Below are positions 18,768 through 29,028 of a stretch of DNA of 64,000 bases, piece after piece (positions within the stretch are counted from its first letter, which is position 1; each line of letters starts with the position of its first letter). The stretch comes from Parcubacteria group bacterium (GTDB lineage: Bacteria; Patescibacteriota; Minisyncoccia; UBA6257; Colwellbacteraceae), in NCBI GenBank assembly GCA_041649615.1, contig JBAZMT010000002.1, positions 10,017-74,016 of the forward strand, in the 5' to 3' direction. A model generated the notes under the pieces. That model was given only the letters and a program-made list of their open reading frames with translations, did not search any database and had not been told where the DNA came from. The position numbers were made by a program, and so were the translations under genes.

Positions 18768-21700
18768 ATGATGCTTAAAGAGAAATCAAACATTCCTGAG
18801 ATAGAAAACGAAGTCCTAAAATTTTGGGAAGACGCCCGTATTTTTGAAAAAACGATAGAACAAAGAAAGGAAAAGAAAGCTTTTTCTTTTTATGACGGGC
18901 CTCCGTTTGCAACGGGACTTCCTCATTATGGACACATACTCGCGACTACCATTAAAGACACCGTTACGAGATTTTGGACGATGAAGGGCCATAGGGTTGA
19001 AAGACGTGTAGGATGGGATTGCCACGGACTGCCGGTGGAAAATCTCATAGAAAAAGAACTGGGATTAAAGGACAAAAAAGCGATAGAGGAGTACGGCATA
19101 GAAAATTTCAACAACGCTTGCCGAGCGGCGGTTTTTCGTTCGGTTGGCGATTTTCAAGAGACGTTAAAACGGGTCGGGCGATGGGCTGATTATGCCAACT
19201 CGTACGCTACGCTTGATAACACTTATATGGAATCCGTCTGGTGGGTGTTTAAGGAACTTTGGAAAAGAAATTTGATCTATTCCGATTATCGGGTCACGCC
19301 TTACTGTCCCCGATGCGGTACCCCTCTTTCCAATTTTGAAGTAAATCAGGGATATAAAAACGCGACCGATCCGGCAATATTCGTAAAATTTAAGCTTAAA
19401 GAGCAACAGGATAACATACCTACTTATTTTGTGGCTTGGACCACGACGCCGTGGACACTTACGGCGAATGCGGCGCTTGCGGTTAAAGAAGACATTGAAT
19501 ACGCCTATGTCATAAAGGAAACGGAGAGGGGAAAAGAAAGGCTTATTCTTGCGAAAGATCGGTTACTGGCCGCGGGAATCACCGATCTGCCGGAAAAAGT
19601 GGTACATGGAAAAGAGCTTCGGGGAATGGAATATATTCCGCTGTTTTCTTTCGTGGAACCGAAAAAGAAAGCTTATTTTGTCGTAGCTACCGATTTTGTA
19701 TCGGTAGAAGAAGGAAGCGGAATAGTGCACATTGCGCCGGCTTTCGGCGCGGATGATATGGAAGCGGCTCGGAAAAACGGAATCCCAGTAATACTTACCG
19801 TAAACAAGGAAGGGAGATTCATAGACGAAGTTAAACCCTGGAACGGACAATTGGTCAAAAAAACCGATACGGAAATAATCAGACATCTTAAGTCGGAAGA
19901 AGCGTTACTCAAAGAAGAAACCGTGGATCACGAATATCCTTTCTGCTGGAGATGCGACACGCCTCTTCTTTATTACCCCATAGACAGTTGGTACGTAGCG
20001 GTAACGAAGATCAGGGATAAACTCGTAAAGAACAACGAAAAAATAAGATGGGTTCCGGCGCATATAAAGACGGGGAGATTCGGCAAGTGGCTCAAGGATA
20101 CGAGAGATTGGGCGATTTCCAGAAACAGATTCTGGGGGGCGCCGATGCCGGTTTGGAAATGCGCCGATTGCAACGCTTACATTCCGGTCGGCTCGCTTGA
20201 AGAACTTGAAAAATTAACGCCCACGAATAATGAATATTTTTTGATGCGCCACGGAGAGGCGGATTCAAACGTTTTGGATATCGTTTCTTCTTATCCGGAA
20301 AAAGCCGAAATCGGTCTCACGAAAAAAGGAATAAAGCAGGTTCAAGATGCGGCAAAACTTCTAAAAAGAGAAAAGATAGATTTAATAATTTCCTCGCCGT
20401 TAAAAAGAACGACCGAGACGGCGAAGATAATCGCAGAGGCTTTAGCTAAAAAATATTCGGTTGACGAAAGGCTCACCGAATATAATTTCGGTTCGCTAAA
20501 TGGACGGGGAACGGAGGAATTTGAAGCGCTTGTCGGCGGGCACGCGGGAAAATTCAGCAAAGCGCCGGAAGGAGGAGAGACGATAGTAGAAGTGAGGAAA
20601 AGGATGATTGATTTCTTGAACGACCTAGAAGAAAGCCATAAAGGCAAAAAGATATTGCTTATCGGTCACGGAGACCCTCTTTGGGTGCTTGAGGGCACGA
20701 TGAAAGGAATGGACAGGGAAAAACTGGTAGGCGAGAGGAAAAAAATAATGCCAAAACCCGGAGAGGTAAAGAATATGAAATTCGGGAAAATGCCTCTTGA
20801 TGAAAGCGGAGAACTAAACATGCATCGCCCCTACATTGATGAAGTGAAAATAAAATGTCCCAAGTGCGGAGGGGAAGCGAAGAGAGAATCCCAAGTGTTT
20901 GATTGCTGGTTTGAATCGGGTTCAATGCCTTACGCGTCTTGGCATTATCCGTTTGAAAACAAAAAGAAAGTGGAACGTATTTTCCCGGCCGATTTCATAG
21001 CGGAAGGATTAGACCAAACGAGAGGATGGTTTTACACGCTTCATGTTCTCGCAACGGCTCTAACGTCTAAAAATTCCCAGTTCGGCAAAGATAAACCCGC
21101 GTTCAAGAACGTTATCGTAAACGGGCTCATATTGGACGAATTCGGGCGAAAACTTTCCAAAAAACTTCGAAATTACACCGAACCGGAAATACTGATAGAT
21201 AAAACCGGAGCGGACGCTCTTCGGTATTTCTTATTAAGCTCCACTTCGATCGGGGAAGATTATCGTTTTTCGGATAAGGGGGTGATTGAGACAAAAACGA
21301 GAGTAACGGAGAGACTTTTGAATTCCTATAATTTTTTCTCAATGTATGCACGCGACGCGGACAGGGCGGAAGAATACAATCTTCCGGCGAAAGAAAACAT
21401 TTTAGACGTTTGGATAAAAGCCAGGTTCAAACAAGCGGTACGGCAAATAAATATAAATATGGAGAAGTACGAACTGACTCAAGCAACGAGACCGATAGCA
21501 GAACTGTTAGACGACTTTTCAAACTGGTACATAAGGCGTTCCAGGACGAGGCTTCAGCGCTCGGAATCGGAAGATGATTTTTATGCCGCTTCAAAAACTC
21601 TTTACGATTGCCTTGTTCTGGCGGCGAAATTAATGGCGCCTTTTACCCCCTTTATTGCGGAAGCGGTGTATAAATCGCTTACAGCTCGCAAGGAATCGGT

Positions 21701-22247
21701 TCATCTTGAAGAATGGCCTAATTTAGGAGAGATAACCAAAGAAGAAGAGCGGCTTATAGAGACAATGGCTTTCGCGCGAATAGCGGCGAGCCAAATTCTG
21801 GCAAAAAGATCGGAGGCAAACATAAAAGTTCGGCAGCCGCTCAAGTCTTATAAAACTTCTCTAAAAGAATTGGACGGACAAACGGAGATTCTCGCGCTCA
21901 TCGCCGATGAAGCGAACGTAGGTCAGGTGATTTACGATGAATCTGCCGGAGAATCGGGAGTGCTTGATACGGAAATGACCGAAGATTTGAGAAAGGCAGG
22001 AATATTAAGAGAACTCATGAGACTTACGCAGGACATGAGACAAAAAGCGGGGTTTAAACCGAAAGAAAAAGCCGCATTCTACATTTACTCGGAGGACGAG
22101 GAAATCAATAAAGTGATTTTAGAAAATGAGGAAAAATTAAAGAAAGACCTGTCGCTTAAAGAATTAAGAACGCAAAAAGACGACGATATGAAGATCACAA
22201 ACGAGACTAAAATTGCAGATAGCGAAATTTGGGCAGGAATAAGATAG
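18768..22247 (+). CDS. ileS: Isoleucyl-tRNA synthetase (type 2) with an inserted histidine phosphatase domain
   Basis: DGPPFATGLPHYGH, GWDCHGLP, WTTTPWT, DWAISRNRFWG, EGLDQTRGWF, KLSKK; insert LMRHGE...SSPLKRT...GHGD. Confidence 0.96.
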   Translation: MMLKEKSNIPEIENEVLKFWEDARIFEKTIEQRKEKKAFSFYDGPPFATGLPHYGHILATTIKDTVTRFWTMKGHRVERRVGWDCHGLPVENLIEKELGLKDKKAIEEYGIENFNNACRAAVFRSVGDFQETLKRVGRWADYANSYATLDNTYMESVWWVFKELWKRNLIYSDYRVTPYCPRCGTPLSNFEVNQGYKNATDPAIFVKFKLKEQQDNIPTYFVAWTTTPWTLTANAALAVKEDIEYAYVIKETERGKERLILAKDRLLAAGITDLPEKVVHGKELRGMEYIPLFSFVEPKKKAYFVVATDFVSVEEGSGIVHIAPAFGADDMEAARKNGIPVILTVNKEGRFIDEVKPWNGQLVKKTDTEIIRHLKSEEALLKEETVDHEYPFCWRCDTPLLYYPIDSWYVAVTKIRDKLVKNNEKIRWVPAHIKTGRFGKWLKDTRDWAISRNRFWGAPMPVWKCADCNAYIPVGSLEELEKLTPTNNEYFLMRHGEADSNVLDIVSSYPEKAEIGLTKKGIKQVQDAAKLLKREKIDLIISSPLKRTTETAKIIAEALAKKYSVDERLTEYNFGSLNGRGTEEFEALVGGHAGKFSKAPEGGETIVEVRKRMIDFLNDLEESHKGKKILLIGHGDPLWVLEGTMKGMDREKLVGERKKIMPKPGEVKNMKFGKMPLDESGELNMHRPYIDEVKIKCPKCGGEAKRESQVFDCWFESGSMPYASWHYPFENKKKVERIFPADFIAEGLDQTRGWFYTLHVLATALTSKNSQFGKDKPAFKNVIVNGLILDEFGRKLSKKLRNYTEPEILIDKTGADALRYFLLSSTSIGEDYRFSDKGVIETKTRVTERLLNSYNFFSMYARDADRAEEYNLPAKENILDVWIKARFKQAVRQININMEKYELTQATRPIAELLDDFSNWYIRRSRTRLQRSESEDDFYAASKTLYDCLVLAAKLMAPFTPFIAEAVYKSLTARKESVHLEEWPNLGEITKEEERLIETMAFARIAASQILAKRSEANIKVRQPLKSYKTSLKELDGQTEILALIADEANVGQVIYDESAGESGVLDTEMTEDLRKAGILRELMRLTQDMRQKAGFKPKEKAAFYIYSEDEEINKVILENEEKLKKDLSLKELRTQKDDDMKITNETKIADSEIWAGIR

Positions 22248-22255
22248 GAATTTAA

Positions 22256-22291
22256 TTCTGTAAATAGTGACGATCGTCACTATTTACAGAA
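22256..22291. repeat. 36-bp perfect palindrome between convergent ileS and trpS; same family as 51250-51287
   Basis: ttctgtaaatagtgacga/tcgtcactatttacagaa. Confidence 0.85.
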
Positions 22292-22297
22292 ATAGGG

Positions 22298-23278
22298 CTA
22301 GATTAATCCCATTTTTGATTTCACTTCGCGGAGAGTTTCAGAAGCCAAGACTCTGGCTTTTTCGGCTCCTTCAGAGAGAATATTCCTCAATCGCTTCGGG
22401 TCGGAAGCGATTTCCTTTTGTTTTTCTCTAAATGAAGAAAGAGAATCGGATACGGCTTCGGCCATATTTTCTTTAAATTCTTTATAACCGACTCCTTTAT
22501 GATCGTTAACGATTTTCTTTATCGGAATGCCGGACAGTTCGGAATATATCAATATGAGATTCGCGAGAGCGGGCTTTTTATCGGGATCGTAAATTATCTC
22601 TTTCCCGGAATCAGTGACGGCGGAACGAATTTTTTGTTTGATGTTTTCAGGCGAATCGGAGAGATATAAACAGCCTTTCGGAAAAGATTTGGACATTTTC
22701 TTTTCCGGATTATCAAGACTCTTAATTCTTAATCCTTCAACGAAAATTCCTTTCGGTTCGGGAAAAGTCTTGCCGAATCTCTTATTAAAAGTTCTTGCCG
22801 TGTCGCGGGCAAGCTCCAAATGCTGTCGCTGGTCTTCACCAACGGGAACGAAAGCTGCCTTATAGGAAAGAATATCAGCGGCCATAAGGACGGGATAGTT
22901 CAAAAGTCCAGCGCTTGCCGGCTGGCCTTCTTCCACCTTTTCTCGGAATTCAATCATATTTTGAAGCTGTCCTGCGGGCGTAACGCAACTTAAAAGCCAG
23001 GCAAGATTCGTATGTTCCGAAACATCGGATTGCATGAAAAAAACGGATTTTTCCGGGTCTATTCCCAAAGCGATCAGATCGACGGCTACCCCGAATATAT
23101 CAGCTGATTTTTCGCTAACCGAGTATTTTTGGGTCAAGGCGTGATAATCAGCGATGAAATAATAACAGTCGTATTTACCCAAAGACTGGAGCGCGAGTGA
23201 TTGCTTTATCATTCCCAAATAATTGCCGACTTGGAGCTTTCCACTCGGTTTTATGCCGCTAACGACAATCTGTTTCAT
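22298..23278 (-). CDS. trpS: Tryptophanyl-tRNA synthetase
   Basis: SGIKPSG, GNYLG, YPVLMAADIL, VPVGEDQRQHLE, KMSKS. Confidence 0.97.
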   Translation of the reverse strand: MKQIVVSGIKPSGKLQVGNYLGMIKQSLALQSLGKYDCYYFIADYHALTQKYSVSEKSADIFGVAVDLIALGIDPEKSVFFMQSDVSEHTNLAWLLSCVTPAGQLQNMIEFREKVEEGQPASAGLLNYPVLMAADILSYKAAFVPVGEDQRQHLELARDTARTFNKRFGKTFPEPKGIFVEGLRIKSLDNPEKKMSKSFPKGCLYLSDSPENIKQKIRSAVTDSGKEIIYDPDKKPALANLILIYSELSGIPIKKIVNDHKGVGYKEFKENMAEAVSDSLSSFREKQKEIASDPKRLRNILSEGAEKARVLASETLREVKSKMGLI

Positions 23279-23305
23279 TGTTCCGAATTATAAGCCACTT
23301 GCGGC

Positions 23306-25075
23306 CTAAACCTCAATTATGACGGGTAAGATCATCGGCCTTCGGTAAGTCTTGTTATAGACAAACTGGCCGATCTGGTCCCGGAAAAGAGTTTTCAGAT
23401 AATCGGAGTCCAACTGTTCTTTTCTCGGTATTCGAGAGAGGACGGCTTTTACTTTGGCCCTGATGTCCTCAAGAATTTTTTGGTTTTCTTTGAGATAAAT
23501 GAATCCTCTTGAAATGATGTCAGGGTTTTTAACCAGCCGACCGTCTTTGCGGTTAATGGTCGCGATTATCACAATCATTCCTTCTTGAGCGAGAAGCCGG
23601 CGATCGCGAAGAACCACTTCGCCGACGTCTCCCACTCCCAGCCCGTCAACCATAACGTAGGAAGTGGGAAGGGACTCATCCGTCATTTTGATGGAATCGG
23701 GCTTCATGTTTACAACTTGGCCATTATCGGGAAGAAAAATATTCGTTTTGGAGATGCCGCACTGGACGCCGTTTTGGGCGTTCATGGTTCTCATAAAGAG
23801 GTATCCGTGAATGGGAATAAAGAACCGAGGTTTCACAATTGAAAGAATGGTTTTAATTTCCTCTTGAGACGCATGTCCGGTGGAGTGGATATCAATCATT
23901 TTAGTGTGGTAAACGAAGGCTCCCTGACGAACCAGGTTGTCCTTTAGCGCTTGAACGCTTCTTTCGTTTCCCGGAATAACAGAAGAAGAAAAAACGATTG
24001 AATCGCCGGCTTTTATGCGGAGAGTCTTATGCTCGCCCGTGACGATCTTCATAAGGCTTGCGTTTGATTCTCCTTGCGCGCCGGTTGATAAGATAAGGAG
24101 CTTCTTATCGTCATACTTTTGGGTTTCCTCAAGAGATATGACGGTACCTTTTTTTATTTTGATGTAGCCGAGCTCTCGGGCTATTTCTATATTTTCTTTA
24201 ATGGAACGTCCGGAGAAGGCCACTTTTTTGTTCAACTTCTCCGCTATTTTGATGATCTCGCCGATGCGGTTCAAAAGCGTGGAGAAAATGCCGACAATTA
24301 TCCGACCTTCAGCCTTGAGGAATAATTCTTCCAGATTCTTTTCTACCGTTTTCTCGGGTACCGTCCATCCGGGAGTTTCGGCGTTCGTGCTGTCTAAAAA
24401 TATCGTATGGATGTTTTTCTTAGAAATAAGCACGAGCTCGTCAATGTTTTTCGGTTTCCCTGATTCGTCCGCTTCCACTTTAAAGTCGGCGAAAGTGGCC
24501 ATGTTACCGACGGGAGTTTTTAAGACAAATCCGGTCGTATCCGGAACGCTGTGAGAAACTCCGAAAAATTCCGCTTCAAAATGCTTTCCCAAACGAACGA
24601 TTTCTTTGTCTTTAATTATTCTCACCTCAAGCTTCGGGGCGTTAACGAACTCGCTTTGTCGCTTAACGATCATTTCTTTTGCCAGCGCAGTTGTATAAAT
24701 CGGGGGATTACCCAACTTACCTATGATGTAGGGTATCGCTCCTATGTGGTCGAAGTGGGCGTGAGTAACTATCATCGCGCGAATATTCTTCCGCTTCGGT
24801 TCAAGAGAAGAAACATTCGGGATAATATAATCAATGCCCGGCGTTTCTTCTTCGGGGAATTGAATGCCGGCGTCAACGATTACAATTTCGTCTTCGTATT
24901 CAAAGAACGACATGTTCCGGCCGATTTCCTCAAGACCTCCCAAAGCGGCAAACCGCAAGACGCCCCCTTCAGGAGATTTTGCGACAAACGTCCCCGAGGA
25001 GACTTGTCTTATACTTCCCGGTCGGTGAAAACGCCTTTCCGCGCCGGAATTAGTTTTTTTATATGTTTTTTCCAT
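23306..25075 (-). CDS. rnj: Ribonuclease J
   Basis: LGGLEEIGRNM, THAHFDHIG, HSTGHAS, PIHG, RRPMILPVIIEV. Confidence 0.96.
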   Translation of the reverse strand: MEKTYKKTNSGAERRFHRPGSIRQVSSGTFVAKSPEGGVLRFAALGGLEEIGRNMSFFEYEDEIVIVDAGIQFPEEETPGIDYIIPNVSSLEPKRKNIRAMIVTHAHFDHIGAIPYIIGKLGNPPIYTTALAKEMIVKRQSEFVNAPKLEVRIIKDKEIVRLGKHFEAEFFGVSHSVPDTTGFVLKTPVGNMATFADFKVEADESGKPKNIDELVLISKKNIHTIFLDSTNAETPGWTVPEKTVEKNLEELFLKAEGRIIVGIFSTLLNRIGEIIKIAEKLNKKVAFSGRSIKENIEIARELGYIKIKKGTVISLEETQKYDDKKLLILSTGAQGESNASLMKIVTGEHKTLRIKAGDSIVFSSSVIPGNERSVQALKDNLVRQGAFVYHTKMIDIHSTGHASQEEIKTILSIVKPRFFIPIHGYLFMRTMNAQNGVQCGISKTNIFLPDNGQVVNMKPDSIKMTDESLPTSYVMVDGLGVGDVGEVVLRDRRLLAQEGMIVIIATINRKDGRLVKNPDIISRGFIYLKENQKILEDIRAKVKAVLSRIPRKEQLDSDYLKTLFRDQIGQFVYNKTYRRPMILPVIIEV

Positions 25076-25089
25076 GTTTTTTTCTAAAA

Positions 25090-25196
25090 ATATCTCAAAA
25101 CTCAAATGTTAAATGTCAAAACCACAACCAATTAACTCAAATCTTTAAAGATAGAAGGCTTAAGTTTTGAAATTTGAGTTTTGACATTTGAGATAT
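25090..25196. repeat. Inverted arrays of degenerate 7-mers forming a long hairpin
   Basis: ctcaaaa-ctcaaat-gttaaat-gtcaaaa ... ttttgaa-atttgag-ttttgac-atttgag. Confidence 0.7.
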
Positions 25197-25201
25197 CTCT
25201 G

Positions 25202-25283
25202 TGCCGAGAGGGAGAGTCGAACTCCCATGCCTTGCGGCGCTAGCACCTGAAGCTAGTGCGTCTACCAGTTTCGCCATCTCGGC
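25202..25283 (-). tRNA. tRNA-Leu(CAG)
   Basis: Reverse complement GCCGAGATGGCGAAACTGGTAGACGCA-CTAGC-TTCAGGT-GCTAG with long variable arm. Confidence 0.94.
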
Positions 25284-25298
25284 TTAATTAAAGAGCGT

Positions 25299-25637
25299 TT
25301 ATTTTAAGCCTCGTCCTTCGTATTTTTCAAATATGGACCAGAATTTGAGCGGTTGCCATCCTTTATTATGAACTCTGTGAAAGTCGCCTTTGGGTATTAA
25401 GAAAACATTGCCTTTCGTAACTTTTTCTCTCGTCTCACCGATCTCCATTTCTCCTTTTCCGGAGATAAAAACGTAAACTTCTTCGGCATTTTCATGAGAA
25501 TGTCCGGTAGTTGATTTGTGAGGATTCAGTTCCGTGAGAGACAGGGTCAGATTACCTAACGTCTTTAAGTCATACACGCGATAAACGTCGTTATCTCTTA
25601 TTAAATCAGCCTTTTTCTTATAGACTCCGAGATCCAT
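25299..25637 (-). CDS. Cupin domain protein
   Basis: GHSH...EEVY...G and IPKGDFHRVHN cupin motifs. Confidence 0.88.
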   Translation of the reverse strand: MDLGVYKKKADLIRDNDVYRVYDLKTLGNLTLSLTELNPHKSTTGHSHENAEEVYVFISGKGEMEIGETREKVTKGNVFLIPKGDFHRVHNKGWQPLKFWSIFEKYEGRGLK

Positions 25638-27187
25638 TATTTAAATTTTCGGTTTGTGTTTACGTACCACTCTTCTGCGTTGTCTAACCTGTCGGAAGAA
25701 GTAACGGCAACGTCTGCGGCAAAACCTTTTAGGCGAGGAGAAGAGACATAAAGATAGTCAGGGAAGACCGTAAAAACGGCTCCAACGTTATCTGTTATAA
25801 CGGAAGACAGGTCTTGAAGCAAGACGCTTCTCGTTTCGGGATCAGCCTCGGAACGAATATCTTCCATAATCAAATCGGCTTCGCGATTATTGAAAAGGGC
25901 GAGATTAAGACCTGGGTAGAATCGTTTTGAGGAATGCCAAAAGGAATAAAGATCGTCTTTGACGTTTAAGATATTTCCGAAAAGGAGAGCTTCGTAATCC
26001 CTGTTTCTGATGGATTCCTGAATGTCAGCCGACCGGAGAGCGGAAATGTTTACAACCGCTCCTTTGGCTTCCCAGGCTTCTTTGAGACGCAAAGCCATGG
26101 CGGAAAGAGGAGCGATGTCGGGAACGGTAAGTCTGAATTCAAGTCCCGAAAGCGAGGTATCGGTAACTCCTGGTTCAGGGCTTCCTTGAACAGGGCCGAA
26201 AGAAGGTTCGGCGTATCCCGAAAAGACGTCGTTAATTATCTCATCGCGTGGAACGGAAGAGGATAACGCTTTGCGGAGACTCAAATTGCGGAATTGAGTT
26301 ATTAGGCCGGAGTTTAGAAACACGGCGTAATACCTCGAGGAAGGAATGGGATGAACGTTCTTAATAACGGAAATTTGCGAAAGAAGGCCGGGGTCGGAAG
26401 TGGGCAAGCCGTCAATATCTCCGTTGTTGAAAGCTTTAATGAGCTCGCCCTCGTCCGTATAAAACTTGAATGTAAATTCCTTAATATAAGGAGCTTTTCC
26501 GTGATAATTTTTGTTGGCGACAAGAACGTACTCGCTGATGAATCCGTCTTTTTCTTTTTTGTAGGACTTGTATTTGTAGGGGCCCGAGCCAACGGGTTCG
26601 CGGGCGTAAGACGAAAGACTGAAATTCGCCGGAGGAATGCTTCCGAATATGTGTTTCGGGATAACGACCATGCCTTTTAAGGTTTCCTCAAAGAAGACGT
26701 AAGATGAGGGAAGGGTGAATTTAACTTCCAATTCGCTTATCCTTTGGACGCTTGCTCCGTCAAAACTGACGGAAATGGGCGAACGGGATTCCGGATCGGT
26801 GATGGTATCAAAAGTGAATATCACATCATCGCTCGTTATTTTTTCGCCATCGCTCCATTTGAGGCCTTCTTTCAAGCGAATAGTCCATTCTTTAAGAAAC
26901 GGATCGGGCTTAATGCTTTCGGAAAGTCCCTCCAAATCGTCAAAGACCAATTTTGAAATATCGTGATCCGCTTCATTACTTGAGATTATTGGGTTAATAA
27001 AAACCGGCTGACCCACTATTCCTTCACGCCAAACTCCGCCATAAGCGGCGACCTGAACGGTTTTGGTGTTTATGAGATAACCGACATAAAGAATGATGGC
27101 TATCAAAAGAACCGCCGAAACGGCAATGATTGCCACGGCTTCTTTCCTTTTCAGGGATTTGAAGAGTTTTAAGAACCTATAGAACAA
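25637..27187 (-). CDS. ABC transporter substrate-binding protein, family 5 (OppA-like), membrane-anchored
   Basis: LKWSDGEKITSDDVIFT, PVGSGPYK. Confidence 0.9.
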   Translation of the reverse strand: MFYRFLKLFKSLKRKEAVAIIAVSAVLLIAIILYVGYLINTKTVQVAAYGGVWREGIVGQPVFINPIISSNEADHDISKLVFDDLEGLSESIKPDPFLKEWTIRLKEGLKWSDGEKITSDDVIFTFDTITDPESRSPISVSFDGASVQRISELEVKFTLPSSYVFFEETLKGMVVIPKHIFGSIPPANFSLSSYAREPVGSGPYKYKSYKKEKDGFISEYVLVANKNYHGKAPYIKEFTFKFYTDEGELIKAFNNGDIDGLPTSDPGLLSQISVIKNVHPIPSSRYYAVFLNSGLITQFRNLSLRKALSSSVPRDEIINDVFSGYAEPSFGPVQGSPEPGVTDTSLSGLEFRLTVPDIAPLSAMALRLKEAWEAKGAVVNISALRSADIQESIRNRDYEALLFGNILNVKDDLYSFWHSSKRFYPGLNLALFNNREADLIMEDIRSEADPETRSVLLQDLSSVITDNVGAVFTVFPDYLYVSSPRLKGFAADVAVTSSDRLDNAEEWYVNTNRKFK

Positions 27188-27395
27188 GTTTCAGAATAGA
27201 AAGGATTACGAATAGGACGATAAAGGCGGCGGTGATCCAGAGAACGATGTTCTCCATACCTCGCCTTTTTTGGTAAAAAGATTCGCCTCCGCCAAAAAGA
27301 CCGCCGACTCCCGAAGATCGGTCCTGAATGAGAACTAAAGCGGTAACGATGATCGGTATTATTATTTGGGCAACAACAATCGCTTGCATGTTCAA
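27177..27395 (-). CDS. secG: Preprotein translocase subunit SecG
   Basis: LVLIQ..SSGVGGLFGG...RRGME, two TM helices. Confidence 0.9.
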   Translation of the reverse strand: MNMQAIVVAQIIIPIIVTALVLIQDRSSGVGGLFGGGESFYQKRRGMENIVLWITAAFIVLFVILSILKLVL

Positions 27396-27452
27396 AGGAG
27401 AAATCAGTCCGTTAATAATAGCGTTTTTCCTTAAATAATCAAGGGTGTTAGC

Positions 27453-28967
27453 CTATCCCAAGTAGGAAGTCAGATCTTGTCCAGTCATTTCGGGGGGTTT
27501 AGGGATGCCCATTAACTTAAGTATCGTGGGCGCTATATCGCATAATGAGCCGACCGACAAGCTCTCTTGTCCTTTTATTTCTTCCGGTGACCGATCTCTC
27601 ATGAATCGGTTATCCATAACGATGAAAGGGACGGGACTTGCGTTATGTTTCGTGTCTTTCTGACCCGTTTGCGGATCAACCAATTTTTCGGCATTGCCGT
27701 GATCGGACGTTATGACGAGAGTCGTATTTGTTTTTAAACAGGCGTTTGCGATAAGACCGATTCCTCGGTCTATTATTTCAACTGCCTTTACGACCGCGTC
27801 AAAATTTCCCGTATGGGCGATGATGTCCGGATTGGCGTAATTCGCGAGGATGAATCCGTATGATCCTTCTTCCACCGCGGTCGTGACGCGATCCGTAATT
27901 TCCGCAGCCATCATTTCGGGAAACTGATCGTGGGAAGCGACTTTGTTTGAAGGAATGATGATCCGGAATTCGTTTTGGAAAGGATCTTCATCTTCGCCGT
28001 TCCAAAAATAAGTCACGTGAGCTTTTTTTTCGCTTTCCGCCACGCGGAGTTGCATTATTCCTTCGCTCGCGATGATTTTAGGCAAAGGATTCGGGATGGT
28101 ATCCAGGGAAAAAGCGGCCGGAATGCCGATACCCGGCTCATATTCGGTAAACGAAACGATTTCGGTTTTGGGGAAAGACGTGCGAAACATTTTGGAGATT
28201 TGTTTCATTCGGTCTTTTCTGAAATTGAAGAAAATAACCGAATCGGACGGCTTAACCGACAAATTTTTGCCGAAAGAAGCCGGACGGAGAAATTCATCCG
28301 TAATGCCCGAGGCGTAACTTTCTCGCACGTAATCGGACGGCGTTATCGTTTTGTCGCTTTCAGCGGTCATGGCTTTAAAAGTGAACTCGGTTCTGTCCAA
28401 GTGATTGTCTCTATCCATGGCGTAATATCGCCCCGAAAGGCTGCCGATTTTTTCTTCCGGCAGACGGCTCAAAAGTTCCAAACTTTCTTTTGGCGGACCA
28501 TCGCGTCCGTCCGTAAAAAGATGAAGTTTGTAATCAACGCCGAGTTTTTCTGCCATGCTTATAAGCGCAGACAAATGTTTGAAGGAAGAATGCGTGATTC
28601 CGGAGCCCAGAAGTCCCACAAGGCATACCGAAGCATTGCGTTGTTTGGCTCCGCCAAAGGCTTCAAGAAATACTTTATTTTCAAAAAAGGAACCGTTTAC
28701 GATGGAAGAATCGATCTGAGCGACGCTTTGGTAAATTATCCGTCCGGAACTGATGGTTAAGTGACCGATCTCGCTGTTTCCTTCTTCGTTCCAAGGGAGA
28801 CCGACCGCGAGACCGCTTGATTGAAGGCTAAGACAAGGGAAAGAAGCCTTAATTTGGTCTAAATTGGGGAGTTTTGCCACATAAAGAGGGTTTGTGTTGT
28901 CTTTGGGTCCGATTCCCCAGCCGTCAAGAATAATGAGAACTAATTTACGGATATTTGTGTGAGGCAT
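27453..28967 (-). CDS. gpmI: 2,3-bisphosphoglycerate-independent phosphoglycerate mutase
   Basis: LIILDGWG, GNSEIGH, DGRD, GRYYAMDRD, NFRKDR, TSDHGNAE. Confidence 0.96.
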   Translation of the reverse strand: MPHTNIRKLVLIILDGWGIGPKDNTNPLYVAKLPNLDQIKASFPCLSLQSSGLAVGLPWNEEGNSEIGHLTISSGRIIYQSVAQIDSSIVNGSFFENKVFLEAFGGAKQRNASVCLVGLLGSGITHSSFKHLSALISMAEKLGVDYKLHLFTDGRDGPPKESLELLSRLPEEKIGSLSGRYYAMDRDNHLDRTEFTFKAMTAESDKTITPSDYVRESYASGITDEFLRPASFGKNLSVKPSDSVIFFNFRKDRMKQISKMFRTSFPKTEIVSFTEYEPGIGIPAAFSLDTIPNPLPKIIASEGIMQLRVAESEKKAHVTYFWNGEDEDPFQNEFRIIIPSNKVASHDQFPEMMAAEITDRVTTAVEEGSYGFILANYANPDIIAHTGNFDAVVKAVEIIDRGIGLIANACLKTNTTLVITSDHGNAEKLVDPQTGQKDTKHNASPVPFIVMDNRFMRDRSPEEIKGQESLSVGSLCDIAPTILKLMGIPKPPEMTGQDLTSYLG

Positions 28968-29028
28968 ATAACGTGTATTAGTATTTACGAAGTGAAGGTC
29001 ATACAAACTAACATTTCAATTTTATCTT

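Noticed and set aside
27975-28760. Long antisense ORFs (27975-28760, 17036-17701, 39818-40489 and similar)
   Set aside because: They fully overlap well-supported genes on the opposite strand and lack motifs.
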